DNA of 63,289 bases, the filler included, from Saprolegnia diclina VS20 (lineage: Eukaryota), in assembly GCF_000281045.1 (NCBI RefSeq). It is 4 parts of 2 records of this genome, joined end to end, with 100 filler letters (N's around TTAATTAATTAA, not from the genome) between each part and the next. Parts side by side here need not be neighbours in the genome. Positions count along the whole stretch, not along the records: positions 32,164 to 62,189 come from NW_008246069.1; 3 more parts are not named here. One strand, given 5' to 3'. Made by a program: the position numbers and the translations under genes. Shown piece by piece: positions 34,291-47,600 of this stretch (positions are counted from its first letter, which is position 1; each line of letters begins with the position of its first letter). The notes under the pieces are model-generated. The model saw nothing but the letters and a program-made list of their open reading frames with translations. It searched no databases and was not told the origin of the DNA.

Positions 34291-35688
34291 ATGGCCGCCA
34301 CTCAACCCCTTCAAGACATGCTCAACCGCCTCCAGGAACGCTTGGCCGCCGTCGAGGCCAAGATGGGCCTCGGCTCGCCTGCTTCCCCGCGCGCTGCGGC
34401 GGCGGCGCCGGCCAAGCCCGCGGCCGTCGCCGTGGCCCCGCGCATCGAAGCGTACGACGAGTACACGGCAGCGTACCTCGCGCCGTTCCTCGCCGCCTGC
34501 ACCAAGCTCGGCACCGAGGTCGAAAAGTACGGCGAGATCGTCAAGCGCGCGTTCGACGCCCAGCGCACGTACCTCGTGGCGGCGAGTGTCTCGAAGAAGC
34601 CGGCGGGCCCGGTCATGACGCTCCTCGCACCGATCCAGGAGTGCATGAAGGAGATCAACAAGCTCCGCGACAACCGCAGCGAGTTTGCCAACCACCAGAA
34701 CATGCTCAACGAAGGCATCCAGAGCCTCGGCTGGCTCTGCGTCGAGCCGGCGCCCAAGCCCTTTATCGAGTCGTACATTGGCGGCGGCGACTTTTGGGGC
34801 AACAAGATTCGTGTTCAGTTCAAGACGTCCAACCCCGACCAGATTGAGTTTGTCGCGTCCTTCAAGACGCTCCTCGTGCAGCTCATGGCGTACGTCAAGG
34901 AGCACCACACGACGGGTGTGACCTGGAACGCCCAGGGCGGCGACGTCGCCAACTACTCGGCCGAAGCGGCTGCCCCGGCGGCGGCACCGGCCAAGCCCGC
35001 GGCCCCTGCTGCAGGTGGCATGAACTCGATCTTTGCGGGCATCAAGTCGATCGACCAGAGCGGCGGCAAGACCGCGGGTCTTCGCACGGTCACGAAGGAC
35101 ATGCAGACGTGGCGCCAGGAATACAAGAGCGGCGATGCCCCGGCGCCCGTGGCGGCCCCGGTCAAGGCTGCGCCGGTCAAGGCGGCGCCGGCGCCGGTGG
35201 TCGAGAAGGACCCGATCTGCGAGATCCGCAACGGCAATTGGTTTGTTGCGCACCAAAAGGACGTGTTTACGCTCTCGGATGTCAACTTGAAGCAGCAAGT
35301 GTACATCTTCAACTGCAACCAGGCGACGCTCATCATCGAGGGCAAGGCCAAGACGATCGCGCTCGACAAGTGCACGAAGACCAAGCTCATCTTTGACAGC
35401 GCGGTCTCGTCCGTCGAGATTGTCAACTGCAAGAACGTCCAGGTGCAGTGCAAGGGCAAGGTGCCCTCGGTCGCGATCGACAAGACGGATGGCTGCCTCG
35501 TGTACCTCTCGTACGAAGGCCGTGATGTCCAGCTCGTCACGTCCAAGTCGTCCGAAATGAACGTCGCCTTTCCGGTCGCCGAGGGTTCGGAAGAGTACAT
35601 TGAGCGCCCGATCCCCGAGCAGTTCGTACACCGCATCACGGCCAACGACACGGTCGCGTCGGACGTCTCGGACCTCTACTCGCACTAA
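34291..35688 (+). CDS. CAP: Adenylyl cyclase-associated protein (CAP/Srv2)
   Basis: N-terminal helical domain (FWGNKI, HHTTGVTWN), WH2-like TAGLRTVT, and C-terminal CARP beta-helix (IDKTDGC, TSKSSEMNV, IPEQF). Confidence 0.95.
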   Translation: MAATQPLQDMLNRLQERLAAVEAKMGLGSPASPRAAAAAPAKPAAVAVAPRIEAYDEYTAAYLAPFLAACTKLGTEVEKYGEIVKRAFDAQRTYLVAASVSKKPAGPVMTLLAPIQECMKEINKLRDNRSEFANHQNMLNEGIQSLGWLCVEPAPKPFIESYIGGGDFWGNKIRVQFKTSNPDQIEFVASFKTLLVQLMAYVKEHHTTGVTWNAQGGDVANYSAEAAAPAAAPAKPAAPAAGGMNSIFAGIKSIDQSGGKTAGLRTVTKDMQTWRQEYKSGDAPAPVAAPVKAAPVKAAPAPVVEKDPICEIRNGNWFVAHQKDVFTLSDVNLKQQVYIFNCNQATLIIEGKAKTIALDKCTKTKLIFDSAVSSVEIVNCKNVQVQCKGKVPSVAIDKTDGCLVYLSYEGRDVQLVTSKSSEMNVAFPVAEGSEEYIERPIPEQFVHRITANDTVASDVSDLYSH

Positions 35689-35800
35689 GGCCTGTAACGA
35701 GCTCGATTTTACATCTTGGTGTCTAGACCTCCGAGAAGTTGTAGATCTTAGTGCTTCTCTGGGATGAGCGGCAACATAGCGTTACTTTGGATAACGGGCG

Positions 35801-36421
35801 ATGGGCAAGAAGGAGGAGCCGAAGGAGGTCGTCGTGCCGGTCGTGATCGAGCCCGAGAAGCCCAAGATGCCAACGGGGTACGAGCTGGTCTACAGCCTCT
35901 TCTCCCAAGAGGACACGGAGGCGCTACTCGCTGCACCGACGACCGCCGACGCGCAGGCAACGCTGGAGCGGCTCCTCGGCGTCGCCCACTACGCGACCAA
36001 CTATCGGAGCCGCGCGCACGTCGACCTGTGCCACTATGCGCTGGCATTTTGCAAGCACGCGTTCGCGTGCGATGTGCAAAAGACAGCGCTGACGCTCCTC
36101 GTCGTGCACCGCCTCTTTACGACCGCGACGACGACGGCGGCCACGTTACCCGAGACGTACACCGAGCTCCAGACGCTTCTCACGCAGCACAGCGTCGAGA
36201 TGCCTCCGACGCATGTTGGTATCTTCTCGACCAGCGACGTCCAGCACATCGTCGAGTACCTCGGGAGCACCTTCTTCCAGCACTACGCCGCGTACCAGTT
36301 GGCGTTCCGCGGTAGCCCAGACGTGGTGCGCACGACGCGACAGCTCGTAGTCGAGACACCGATGACGCCAACGCCACTCGCTGACGCCAAGGAGCTTGGC
36401 ACCGAGACTTGCGATCCGTGA
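35801..36421 (+). CDS. Flagellar central-pair protein of the CLAMP/C1a-32 (CFAP119/CCDC189-like) family
   Basis: D..HYALAFC, LLTQHSVEMPP...IFS..DVQHIVEY...TFFQHY..YQ pattern. Confidence 0.75.
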   Translation: MGKKEEPKEVVVPVVIEPEKPKMPTGYELVYSLFSQEDTEALLAAPTTADAQATLERLLGVAHYATNYRSRAHVDLCHYALAFCKHAFACDVQKTALTLLVVHRLFTTATTTAATLPETYTELQTLLTQHSVEMPPTHVGIFSTSDVQHIVEYLGSTFFQHYAAYQLAFRGSPDVVRTTRQLVVETPMTPTPLADAKELGTETCDP

Positions 36422-36499
36422 ACATATGACGGCGTAGCATAGGTTTAGGGTTTAGATATGAAGACAACGACGGGAATATGGTGCTTAGAGGCGACAGCG

Positions 36500-38177
36500 T
36501 CACGCGACGACGCGCTCAACTACGATGGCCGACGCGCCGCCACCACCATTGCACACGGCCGCGACACCGATCCTAGGTGGACATGAGAACGACGTCGTTG
36601 GACAACGTGAACGCACCGGCCATTCTCTTGGTGGAGCACCGAGCAGAGCGTCGCAATGATGCGGGCGCCTGAGCACCCGAGCGGGTGGCCAAGGGCGACC
36701 GCGCCGCCATAGATGTTGACGCGGCCCGCGTCGATGCCGAGAATCTGGCAGTTGGCCAACGCGACGGCCGAGAACGCTTCGTTGAGCTCGAAAAAGTCGA
36801 TTTCATCAAGGCCAACGTCCGCCCGCTGCAGCGCCTGAAGCCATCACGAATGTGTCAAGGTTTCAATATAGCAACCGACTTTCAAATGGGTACCTTGGGA
36901 ATCGCAAGCGACGGCGCCGTGGTGAAGAAGCGCGGGTCGTGCGCAGCGTCATCAAAGCCGCGAATGACCGCAAGAATCTTGCTCTCGACGCCAAGTGCGA
37001 TGGCCTTTTCACGGCTCATGAGCACGAGCGCCGACGCGCCGTCGCTGATCGGCGACGCGTTCCCGGCCGTGACACTGGTCGGCGGCACAAAGCACGGACG
37101 CAGCTTCTCAAGCGACGCGAGCGAGACGGGCCGTGCGAACGCCTCTTCGTCCTTCTCCACAAGCACGGGGGCTTCGCCTGTCCTCGTTGGTTTGAGAATC
37201 AACCCCGGATGAATCTACGACGCTACCGCGCTTGCGAATGACGGGCACGGGCACTACTTCGGCCTTGAACTTGCCCGCCTCCGTGGCCGCCTAGACGAAG
37301 AATCCGTCAAGATCGGTACCAAATGTCGATATAGACGTACGACCGCCTTGCGGTAGCACTCGGCCGCATACGCGTCTTGATCGGCGCGCGACAAGTTGTA
37401 CTTCTCGGCGCAGAGCTCGGCAAAGTTGCCCATGGGCACATTGTCGAATGCATCGTTCAAACCATCCTAATCAGTGGCGTAAGATCTTACTGCATACATC
37501 AAAGGGTGAGTGTACCCGCTGGACAGCATCGACGAACGACACTTCGCCAAACCGAGCGCCGCCACGGAGCGACCCCGACATGTGGGGCGCATGTGTCATG
37601 CTTTCCATGCCTACAAGTCGCATGAGAGGATCGGGTCAATGGGGCAGGTCGTGTGACGTACCACCCGCCACGACAACGTCCCGAAACCCGAGCATGATGG
37701 CCTGGCTCGCAAACGCCACCGCTACAGCATGCACGAGATGAGACATACTTGTCATCGAAAGCAATGACGTACCCTTCATGCCCGATGCGCAGACCTTGTT
37801 GATGGCCGTGCAGGGCACGCTGTCGGGGAGACCCGCCTTGATCGCAGCTTGTCGGGCCGGAGCTTGACCGGCGTTGGCCGAGAGCACGTGTCCCATAAAT
37901 ACTTCATCGACGTCTTCGGCACGAATGCCACTGCGCTCGACGGCCGCTGCAGCATGCATCTCGGTGAGCGTCCCGCTGTTGGATGGTGGGTAGTACCTTT
38001 GATGGCAATCGCCCCAAGCTCGACGGCGGTCTTGCTCGCTAGCGCGCCGTTGAGCGACCCCATGGGCGTCCGCGCAATACCCACGATGCACACGTCTACA
38101 CATACAGGATATCATCTTGCAACGTCGGTAGCATGCCACGGACCTCGGTTGGAGGCCACCTTGATACGCTTCGCCAT
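36500..38177 (-). CDS. ACAT: Acetyl-CoA C-acetyltransferase (thiolase II), multi-exon
   Basis: VCIVGIARTPMG, GQAPARQA, NKVCASGMK (active Cys), VTAGNAS, FELNEAF, ALGHPLGCSGAR and CNGGGGASA. Confidence 0.93.
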
Positions 38178-38197
38178 TGGAATCCTTCTTGTCCGCT

Positions 38198-38213
38198 GAA
38201 AATGAAAATGAGC
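38198..38213 (-). promoter_or_regulatory. INR+FPR core promoter of thiolase
   Basis: Minus strand GCTCATTTTCATTTTC matches GCTCATTYBNNNWTTY exactly, 20 nt above the ATG. Confidence 0.7.
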
Positions 38214-38885
38214 CAAAATGGTCCATCCCCGACTTGAACTTCGTACTTCGCTTGGATCGCCACCAGGTGCGAACTTCGGTGCAAGGCGATGTTGATTGGT
38301 GGTAAAGCAGGTCATTTCACGCCAGAGCACCAATCAGCGCATGAATAAAATGGTGACCTGGGTACGCTGGGGCGGTGATGATGGCAAGAGTGGGACAAGC
38401 GCCTTGAAGTGCGGTGAAATGCCGAATCTCGAGGTCAAATTCGGTCGAAAAGTCCTAGTTTGAGGTTTACAAACCCATTTGCCTTGGGCAATCGATTACA
38501 AATCCACGTGCGTTTTGTGTCAACCCTCGTGGCAGCACTCGAGATCCAGCAACAGGACGGCTCGTTCTCCCTTGCCCGCTGTCATCCACGTGATTACCAT
38601 GCGCCAGCACCAAGTAGTTCCTCATGAAGACCGGGTCGAACAAGGCTGTGAAATGACAAGGTGCACGCTTCGCCGCAACTCAAGGGCAACTTCGTATTCC
38701 TGTGACAATCGCAAGTTATCGAAAGGGCAACATGATGAATTTAGGACGCGGATGACGCCACCAGTCGACGTCTTGCTCGTATGACGGGCACGCAAGTCCA
38801 AGTGATCTTCCCACCTGAAATAGGATTTTCACGTGAAAACGGTTTTTCACATAACACACAATAATACTCACCTTGGTCTTTTCAG

Positions 38886-39057
38886 CCAATCACCGTGTGT
38901 TGATGCCGCTGCGATGTCATCGGAGTTTGAACCAATCGTAACGACCACCGTGCGGTATTTTGGCCAATCGTATGTCCAAGTGCCGTTTGCCATGACCGCC
39001 TCGTCGCACGCCACGTCAACCAATCGCACACAGGATGGTTTGACATTTCAGCCAATC
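38886..39057 (+). promoter_or_regulatory. Cluster of five CCAATC boxes
   Basis: CCAATC at 38886, 38932, 38964, 39020 and 39052. Confidence 0.6.
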
Positions 39058-39085
39058 ATATCGTTCTGCGTCGCCGCCAGCAACC

Positions 39086-39829
39086 ATGCAGCGCCGCCGA
39101 ACGCGCCTCGCAGTCCTCCACGAGCTCCAAACCGAGTGGGACCAAGCGATCGCCGAGGGTACGAGTCGGCTCACGCAGATCGCCAACGCTCTACAGAAGG
39201 AAACCTACGCGGATGGCGAGTCCTGGGGCGTGCTCGCCGAGGCCACGGGGCTGCACACGGAGCTGCGCCACAAGGTACAACCATGCCATCAGCTACTGCA
39301 TGTGGCTCTACTCTCTACACTTCTAGCTACAGCGCGAAGCGCATTTTGTCCAACGCAACCTCTCGGTGCTCATTGATCGCTTGGTTTGACGCCTGAACCT
39401 TGTCGCTGGTGGTTCTTAGCGCCATGCTTAGGCCGAGGTTGTGGCGCGCATGCGCCACCTGTGCGGATACGAAGCCATGCCGTCGATCGAAATCGTCCAA
39501 GTCGATCCGGATCCGAGCGCGACGCTTTCTACTTTTCAATCTGGTAACCTTGTTCCTGACGCCATGATACTACTGCAACCGATCGCGATGTAGAAGCCTA
39601 CGTGCGCGAGCTTGTGCACATGTACGAGGCCGAGCTTCTGGCAAAGACGCTTCTCGTCACCGACGTGCTCGACTGCGCCGGCCACAACGCGGCGCTTCTG
39701 TACGTGGCCTCGTGGCAGATGCAGCCGTTCGTGTCCAAGGCGCGGGTCGCAGAGATAACAGCGCTCTTGACGCTGGACGCCAACCCAAAGAAGCTTGCGC
39801 CGTCCGCGAGCCACAAGCTCGTGCGCTAA
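39086..39829 (+). CDS. CINP / C1orf109 (CA109)-like small helical protein, multi-exon
   Basis: EWDQAIAEG...IAN; MYEAELLAK...LLYVASWQMQPFV resembles the CINP C-terminal MY..EL.LK...Y...W..QP pattern. Middle exons not fully resolved. Confidence 0.55.
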
Positions 39830-40759
39830 CACTTTGAAAAAGCTGCGAAACTGCGAAACAACGTGGGCTAGTATAGGCGTACCGTAGAATGGACGTCGCG
39901 GGGCTTCGTGCTGCCACGAGTCCATGCCGGCGTTGCATGGATGCGGCACGTTCCGATCCTGTTCCTCCCGCGTCTCTAGCGCGTGCGCCTCTGGCCGACA
40001 GAAACAACCCGGGCGCGCCAGGGACAAGGGGTGCCCCGGCCAACCCCGGCGTTTCGCAGGCGGCGCCGACAGCCTCGTCGTACTAATGGCTCGCCCGTCC
40101 AGCGCGCACCCATTCGAGGTAAACACGAGGCCTGCGACTCGCGTTGCACATCGGCCTTGAAGTCCAAGGAGCTTCAACAAGTGCACTTTGGACGCGTGAC
40201 ACGGCGCTGTCAACATTCGGAAACTCACTTGCTCTTTGTATGTGCCTGCCAATCGCATACAAGGAGGGCCCCGGGGCACCGGGGCGAGAGTGACTCACAG
40301 CGCTGCAACCTCGGCTTTGTCGGCTAGTGGGTGCGATCGCAAACACTAAATACACGCAACTCGTGGCGCTGTTGGCACTGCGTCTGCACGTCGTCGTGAG
40401 GCCGCCTGTCTAGGACGAGCGATAGATATCTGAGTCCGGCGCGACAAGGCGCTGTCGCAGTCGACGCGACGGCCTGTACGGAAGAGAGTCGCTGGTGTTG
40501 GGGCGAGTTGCGTGCGATTAGCCGCAGGAAAGCATCTGTCCTTGTGGCATCTGTCGACGTAACTCGCTGGTGATTTCCATTTCCGCATTTGAATCGTGGC
40601 GTGAACCACCAAGGTGAGAGGACGCACTTGACCGATCACTCGCTCATGGCGGCGGCGAGTAGGAGGTGCCTCATGGACAGTCCCTCCAAGTACCACGTGC
40701 TGGCGACGCCCGTCGAAGGGTATGCACTTCCGATATGACGTGGCGTCCTAGCATCGTCG

Positions 40760-43700
40760 ATGGACTCTAGGCGCAGCAGTGAGGATTCGACATTGCGCAA
40801 TCGCAACCTGAGCCGCCACGAGAGCAATCATGGCATGCTACCGCCCATCAGCATTGTCACGCGCGACTCGATGCCAAGCAAAGCGAGCCTCGGCGGCCGC
40901 CGCGAGTCGCGCATGAGCCGCGCAAGCCGGTCCGCCCGCGACGACGCGTTCGGGAAGCTCAAGATCAACATGGGTCAAGAGCGCGCGGTCGGTGCGAGCA
41001 ACCGCTTCCGACGTACGCCATACGCTCTCATTTCGCTCAGTTCTTATGTCGACGTGTAGCCGATTTCAAGTTCAACCTCGGGCTGGCGCTGCGGACCGCC
41101 GTCGGCGTCATGATTGCATCGATGGTGCTCACGACTGCGTCGACCAACCCCAAGGCCCCGGGCAACGGCCTCAACCTGAGCACGCGGCCAGTCTCGGTCA
41201 ACGACTCGATCATCGTGGCGCCGGCGCCGCTTCATGTCAAGCAATGGTACTTCTTCCCCGAGTGGTACATCCTCGGCGGCATCTCGTACGTGGCGACGGC
41301 GACCATCTTCTCTTGCGGCAAGAACATTGGCTCGACCGTGCGCGAGATTTACCAGCAGATCTCCGGCGTCGGCGTCGCCTTCCTGTACAACCTTGCGATC
41401 TTCTCAGTGTTCCAGCCCGAGCTCTTTACGAGCTTGGCCGAAGGTACCTACCTACAGTATCATGGACACTGGCAGTACGTACGTACGCGTAGCCAACAAG
41501 GCTGTCGACGATGGCAAGATGACCAAGATCGAAAAGGCGTTCAGTGGCACGCCGTACTACGTGCACCAAAACGACTTTTACACGATCCTGCCCTTCATCA
41601 TGGTGTTTACGCTGGTCATGCTCATCATTCCTGTGGTAAAGTTGACAATCTTTTGCGTGTTTCTAGTCTTCCAACGCTCAACCGTGATGTTGGGTAGGAA
41701 AACAACACGAAAAAATTCGCGATCGGCAACAATTTGTACTTCTCGCTCACACTCGCGAGTCCCAACGACTTTATCGACCCGAGCAAGCTCAAGGGCCTCA
41801 ACGATCCGTACTACTCGACCTCCAACATCCTCAAGAACCTCGCCGTGTACATGCTTCTCGGCGTCCTTGGCGCGTGCATTGCGCTCTTTGTGCTCTGGGT
41901 GCCATACCCGATCTTGTACGACACACGACAAGCTGTCCTCGTGATACTCATACTTGTCTAGTGCAATCCGGCGGCTCCAAAAGGAAACCAAGTCGGCCGC
42001 CGATACAGTCCAAGATTTGCTCAACTTAATTGTCGACTCGTACTGCTTCAAGAACAAGGACGTCGACCACATGAACTTTCTCAAGCTCAAACTCAAGCGC
42101 AAGTTTGAACTGGCGCATGCGAAGAAGGACACGATGACCGCGCTCCTCAACGACGTGTGGTGGGAGCAGAGCGTCGGCTTGCATTATGCACTCGAGTTTC
42201 GGACGTCGGTCACCAAGACGTACATTGAGCTCTACGCGTCGCTCATCGACAACCTCCGCGCGATGAACCAAGCGATCCAGCTCGAGCGCTACGAGCGGCT
42301 GCACACGTCCTTTATGAAGAAGCTGCAGAAGGACGTGTACATGATCCAGCTCCGGGCAACCGCCGTCCTGAACGAGGTTTCCGACAAGATCCACACCAAC
42401 ACCAAGAGTGCGTCCGCTACTCGCTATCGTCAATCTCATGATCAACCTGTAGAGCTCGAGCTGACGGAGATTCGGGACCTTGAACGTCAAATGGAGAAGC
42501 TGCTGCTGGACTTTCAGAAGACGCAAAACAAGATTTACCAGCGTGAGAAGCCAACCGCGTCGGACGTCGAGGGCAACATTCCGCTCAACCTCTTCCTCTT
42601 CTCGCTGCAGTCGTTTTGCACGACATTGGTCGAGTTTGAAGACACGTACAACACCAAGGACCACAAGACGGTACGTATCCCTATCCCTATATAAGCCCCA
42701 GGAACTGAGGATGTTTAGGGCTCGCGCATGAAAAAGTTTTTCAAAAACACTGTGCTCTCGTACTTTGACAGCTCCAAGTACACCAAGATCAAGTTTCAAA
42801 ATGCGTTCAAAATCTGGTTTGCGATTCTTGCCGGCTGCTTCTTTTCGGTCTACGTCTTTGGCTACTCGGCGACCACGGCCTCGACGGTCGCGTACGTCAT
42901 GGGCAACCGCATCGGTACATACACCACGATCCCACCCAACGCGAGTACTTACGGTGTCTAGGCGGCTCGTTCAGTGTGACGGTCAACCGGGTCGGTGGCG
43001 TCGTCGCTGGCTCGATCATCCCGTCCGTCTTTCTCTTCTTCATTTGCTCGTATGGCTGCGTCGACCACACGCTCGTCGTGTTCCTCACCAACGTCATCCT
43101 CTTCGTCTGGGTCACGTTCTCCATGTACATCAAGTGGAAGGGTGGGTACGAGTCGTACGCGGGTCTCGTCGCTGCGTACGTGGCCGCCGGCGTCCTCCTC
43201 AAGGGCTGCGACTGCTCCAAAGACAGCATCACGCCCATCTCGTCGTACTCGAACCTGTGCCAAATGTCGCTCGGCATCATCCTCTTCATCTTTGTCGAGC
43301 TGTGCTTTTGCCCGCAGTCGGCGATCGGCATGCTGCGCGAGAACGTGCAGAAGCAAATGAAGCTCGTCCAGACCGCGTTCACGACGCTCTTTGAGCAAAA
43401 CCTGAGCGCGAACGGCTCGATTGACGAAGACAAGATGGACGAAGTGCGCAAGATCGTCACCAAGCAAGTGCCGGCGCTCATCACCGAGCAAGTGTCGCTC
43501 TTGCGGGAGGCGTCGTTTGAACCGCTGCTGTGGAAGCCGGCGTTCAGCTATCAAAAGTACGAAGCCGTGCTCGACTGCTGCCAGCGCCTCCTCAACAACT
43601 CGCTCATTTTGTACAAGCTCGTGTCGTGGTTTCAATTCCGGAAGGCGCAAAAGGCGGCCGACGGCGAAGTCCTCGAGAAGAAGCTCAAGCTCGACGAGAT

Positions 43701-44433
43701 CATCCGCGCGTCCATCAACACGGAGCACGTCGTGACAACCAAAGAGGCGTGGGCCTTCTCGACCAAAGAGCTCGGCGCCGCGATCCACGATACGTTTGAT
43801 ACGCTCCACTCGCTCTTTGGCGAGGACTTTCGCTATGCCGACGCCGACCAGACCGCGCTCTTTATGCAGATGAAGGAAGCGTTCCGGCTTGCCGACACCG
43901 ACTGCTCGGGCGAGATTGACGTCGACGAGGTCAAGACGATGCTCGAGCTCATCTTCCAGCAGTCGGGCGCGATGAAGATCGACGAGATCGACGAGTATGT
44001 GGCCGAATTCATGGAGATCGTCGACAAGGACAAGAGCGGCAAGGTGTCGTTCGAGGAGTTTATGGAAGCGCTCGAGCACGGCCTCAAGCTCGAAGTCGAG
44101 GTCTTCCAGCACAAGTCGCGGCCGGTCGCGCTCCCGGCCATCACGGAGGACGATGTGAGCGTCAACGTCGAGAAGCTCGCGCGGCAGCAGTCGTCGCCGG
44201 CCAAGATGATGTCGCCGATGACGCGGTCCCACGACATGCTCAACGTCGACTCGTTCTCGCTGGTCGACATTGCAAAGACAATGCGCGCGTCGTACGCCGA
44301 GTGGCTCATGGAGAAGCAGCGCTACGAAAAGGTGTCGATGGAAGAGCTCCTGCTCCTCAACTGCCTCATCAGCGGCGTCTCGGGCATCGCGCGCAACCTC
44401 GCGCTCCTCGAGGAAATGACGGTCCAGCAGTAG
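40760..44433 (+). CDS. ArAE/FUSC/ALMT-clan double-TM-domain membrane protein with C-terminal EF-hand pair, paralog A (about 8 exons)
   Basis: Two TM bundles (GKNIGSTVRE; VMGNRIGGSFSVTVNRVGGVVAG; FCPQSAIGMLR), each followed by helical regions. EF loops DTDCSGEIDVDE and DKDKSGKVSFEE. Confidence 0.8.
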
Positions 44434-44601
44434 GCGCGACCTTTTGGCCACAGGGCGACGACCTGTATACTCGATGTACCATCAATTTGCACAACCATTT
44501 CTTCTTTCCGAGTGTATATTGAGATAGAGACTCGTGCAAGGAACGGCAAACTGTTCTCCGAGCAACAGACATATGTGTACTTTAGTCTATAGAAAATACG
44601 A

Positions 44602-47600
44602 CTACTGGGCCGACACATCGGCAAGACGCTGCAGCTCTATGGCTATGCCGCTGACGCACCCCATGAGGCCGTTGAGCAAGAGCAGCTCGTCCATCGAGAC
44701 CTTCTCAAACCGCCGGTCTTGTAAAAGCCAAGCGGCGTACGCGGTTCGCATGTTCTGCGCTGTATCTGTCAGTGCAACGTCGTCGAGGTCGAGAAGCTCT
44801 TGCGGATGTAGACTCGGACGCGAGGGACCCCGCAGCACGAGACCGTCGTCGATAGCGTCCATGAATTCTTGGCATGACACGGCGCCGCTCTTGTCCTTGT
44901 CCACGAGCGCCATAAACGCTCGCACGTGATCGTCGAGCCGCACAGAGTGGCCCCACAGCTCCCGTAGCACGCGCTCGACTTCAGCGACATCGAGGACGCC
45001 GTTGCCGTCAACGTCGGCGCGCCGGAACGCCTCTTTCATTTGCAAAAAATGCGCGACCCGATCCGCATCGGCCAACGCAAAAGCGTCGCCAAAGACAATC
45101 TCTAGCGACGCAAACGTATCGTGGATCGCGCCGCCGAGCTCGGTCGTCGAGAACGTCCACGCGAGCGTCGGTGGCGCCGTCGCGCGCTGCGAGACTGTCG
45201 ACCGCCGGTGCAAGTCGCCAGCGTTCACCGAGAGCCGGCGCTGCACCGAGTGGCGACGGCGCTGAAACCACTTTGCGAGCTTGAACATGACGCGCGTATG
45301 GTGCTCGAGCCGCTTCATGCTGTCACAGACGGCGGCAAACTTGGTTATCGGGAACGGTGGGCGCCACAACCGCGGCTCGTACTGCGCCTCGGTGAGCAGG
45401 CCCGGTTGCGCCAACAGAAGCGATGGCAACGTTTGCATCACAATCGCTTCGGTGGCAAGGAGCGTTGGGACGTTGCCGTGGGTCGCCACCGTGACCTCAA
45501 AGAGCGTGTGAAAGGCTCTTTGAAGCAGCTGCAATTGCGCCAACATGTTGGCGCGAAGAAGCGTCGTCGCGCTTTGCGGAAAGAGAAGCCACTCGATGAC
45601 GATGAAGAAGACGATGCCGAGCGACACTTGAGCCAAGTTGGCGTACGATGAAATGGGCGCGACGGTGGTTGCACCGCAGGCGCAGCCGTTGAGGAAGACA
45701 CCGCTGGAGACGTACGCCGAAACAAACCCAGCGTAGGACCACGCATGGTTTTGGAGGCTAATGTACATGGACATGGTGACCCACACAAACATGACGCTGT
45801 CGAGAAGGATCGTCGCGGTCGTCGACGACGTGCACCCGTAGCTGCAAATGAGGAAGAGGCACACGGAGGGCACAATGCTGCCGGCAACAGCGCCACCGAC
45901 GCGGTTGGCCGTCCGGCTAAACGAGCCTCCTACCTTGACACATCAAGGCTTCGCGATTCCGTGGTAGCAAGTCCGTACCAACATGGCTGCCCCAGAGGTA
46001 CGCGAGCGCCGAAGCCGCCGTGGGCGAAAACCCGAAGACATACACGGCAAAGACACTGCCCGACACGACAGCGCACGCAACCTTGATGCCGATCTGGAGG
46101 TTCTGCTTGGTGTACTGCGTCGGGTCCACCATACGACGGCACCAGCGCTGCAGAAACATCCAAGCGCGGAGTCCCTAGTCGCTTCGATAAGATTTTCGTG
46201 GTTATGGATCTGTCGGTACCGTGCTGTGTTGAAGCTGATTAAAGGTGACCGGAAATGTGCAAAGTGTCTCGCAGTACGACTCGAGCGCAAAGAGAAAGAG
46301 GTAGCACGTCATCGCGTCTTCAATGTCGCTCGGCGTCGCACTCTCGCAGCACTCGACGTGCGCCGCATGGACGGCTTGCAAAAGCGCCGCCATGGCCGTG
46401 CGCACCTCGTCCACCGCGTCCGTCGGCAACACTAGTCATGTCGTACTGCCTCGTCCACGAGGATACCACATACCTCTGGCATTGGCGAGGATGTCGGAGG
46501 CGATGGCGTCGAGCGCCCGCACCGATTTCATTTGCACGAGGTACACGTCTTTTGGTACACGTGATACGACGAGAGAATGGAAGGCGCCATGACGTCCTGT
46601 TTGTACAGCATCGCTCATCGCACGGAGGTCGTCCAGGAGACTCGCGTACAGTCCCAGGAATGGCTTGACGATCGACGTACGGATCGGCAAGAGAAAATGC
46701 AACCCGACGCTTTGCTCCCACCACACGTCGTCGAGTAGCGACTCCATGCGCGCTTGCTTGGCGTCGGCGTCAGCCAATTTCCGAGCGACTTCAAACGCGA
46801 CGTGCGTACTGTGCCGGTTGGTCTTGCGCCGAAAGCAGAAGGCATCGACCATCAAATGCAAGAGGTCGGCGAGAACCGTAGTCGTCGACTGGATCTCGGC
46901 GCGGAGGCGGTGGATGGCACTACCGCCGCGTCATGATACGATGAAGAAATTGAGGATAGTGTAGTACAAAATGGGGTAGGGCACGAGCATGACAACAAGC
47001 GCGATAAGGCCGCCAAGGACGCCGAGGAGCAAGTACACAAACAGGTTTCGAAAGATGTTGGACGTGGCGAGCATCGGGTCGTTGTACGGTTTGAGGTGCG
47101 CAGTGTCATTTGGGTTGTTGGGGTTGATGAGCGTCAGTGCAAAGTAAATGTTGTTGCCCACCGCGAGTTTCTTGGTGATGGTTTCCTAGCACAGAGCTCG
47201 TGATAGTGACATATTTAGAAAGATAAACTATACCAGCGGGGTCATGACGATCGCCACCGTAAAGAGAATGATGCACGGGAGCATAATGTAAAAATCACTG
47301 GGCGTCACGTAGTAGGGCGTGCCGCTAAACGCGTGCTCGATCCGCACGAGCGTACCGTTCCCGAGACTGTTGGCCACTAGCAATCACGATGAGATATCAT
47401 GTGCAATAGTTCAACATGCGTACCGTCGTCGGCCGAGTGGTACACGCGCGGCGTAAAGCACGCAAAGACGACAACGTTGAAGAGAAACGCGATGACGACC
47501 CCAAGCGTCTCTTGAAACGTCTCGCGGATCGTCGACCCGACGTTGGTGCCGATCGAGAAGATCATGGCGATCGCAATGTAGCTCACGCCGCCCAGAATGT

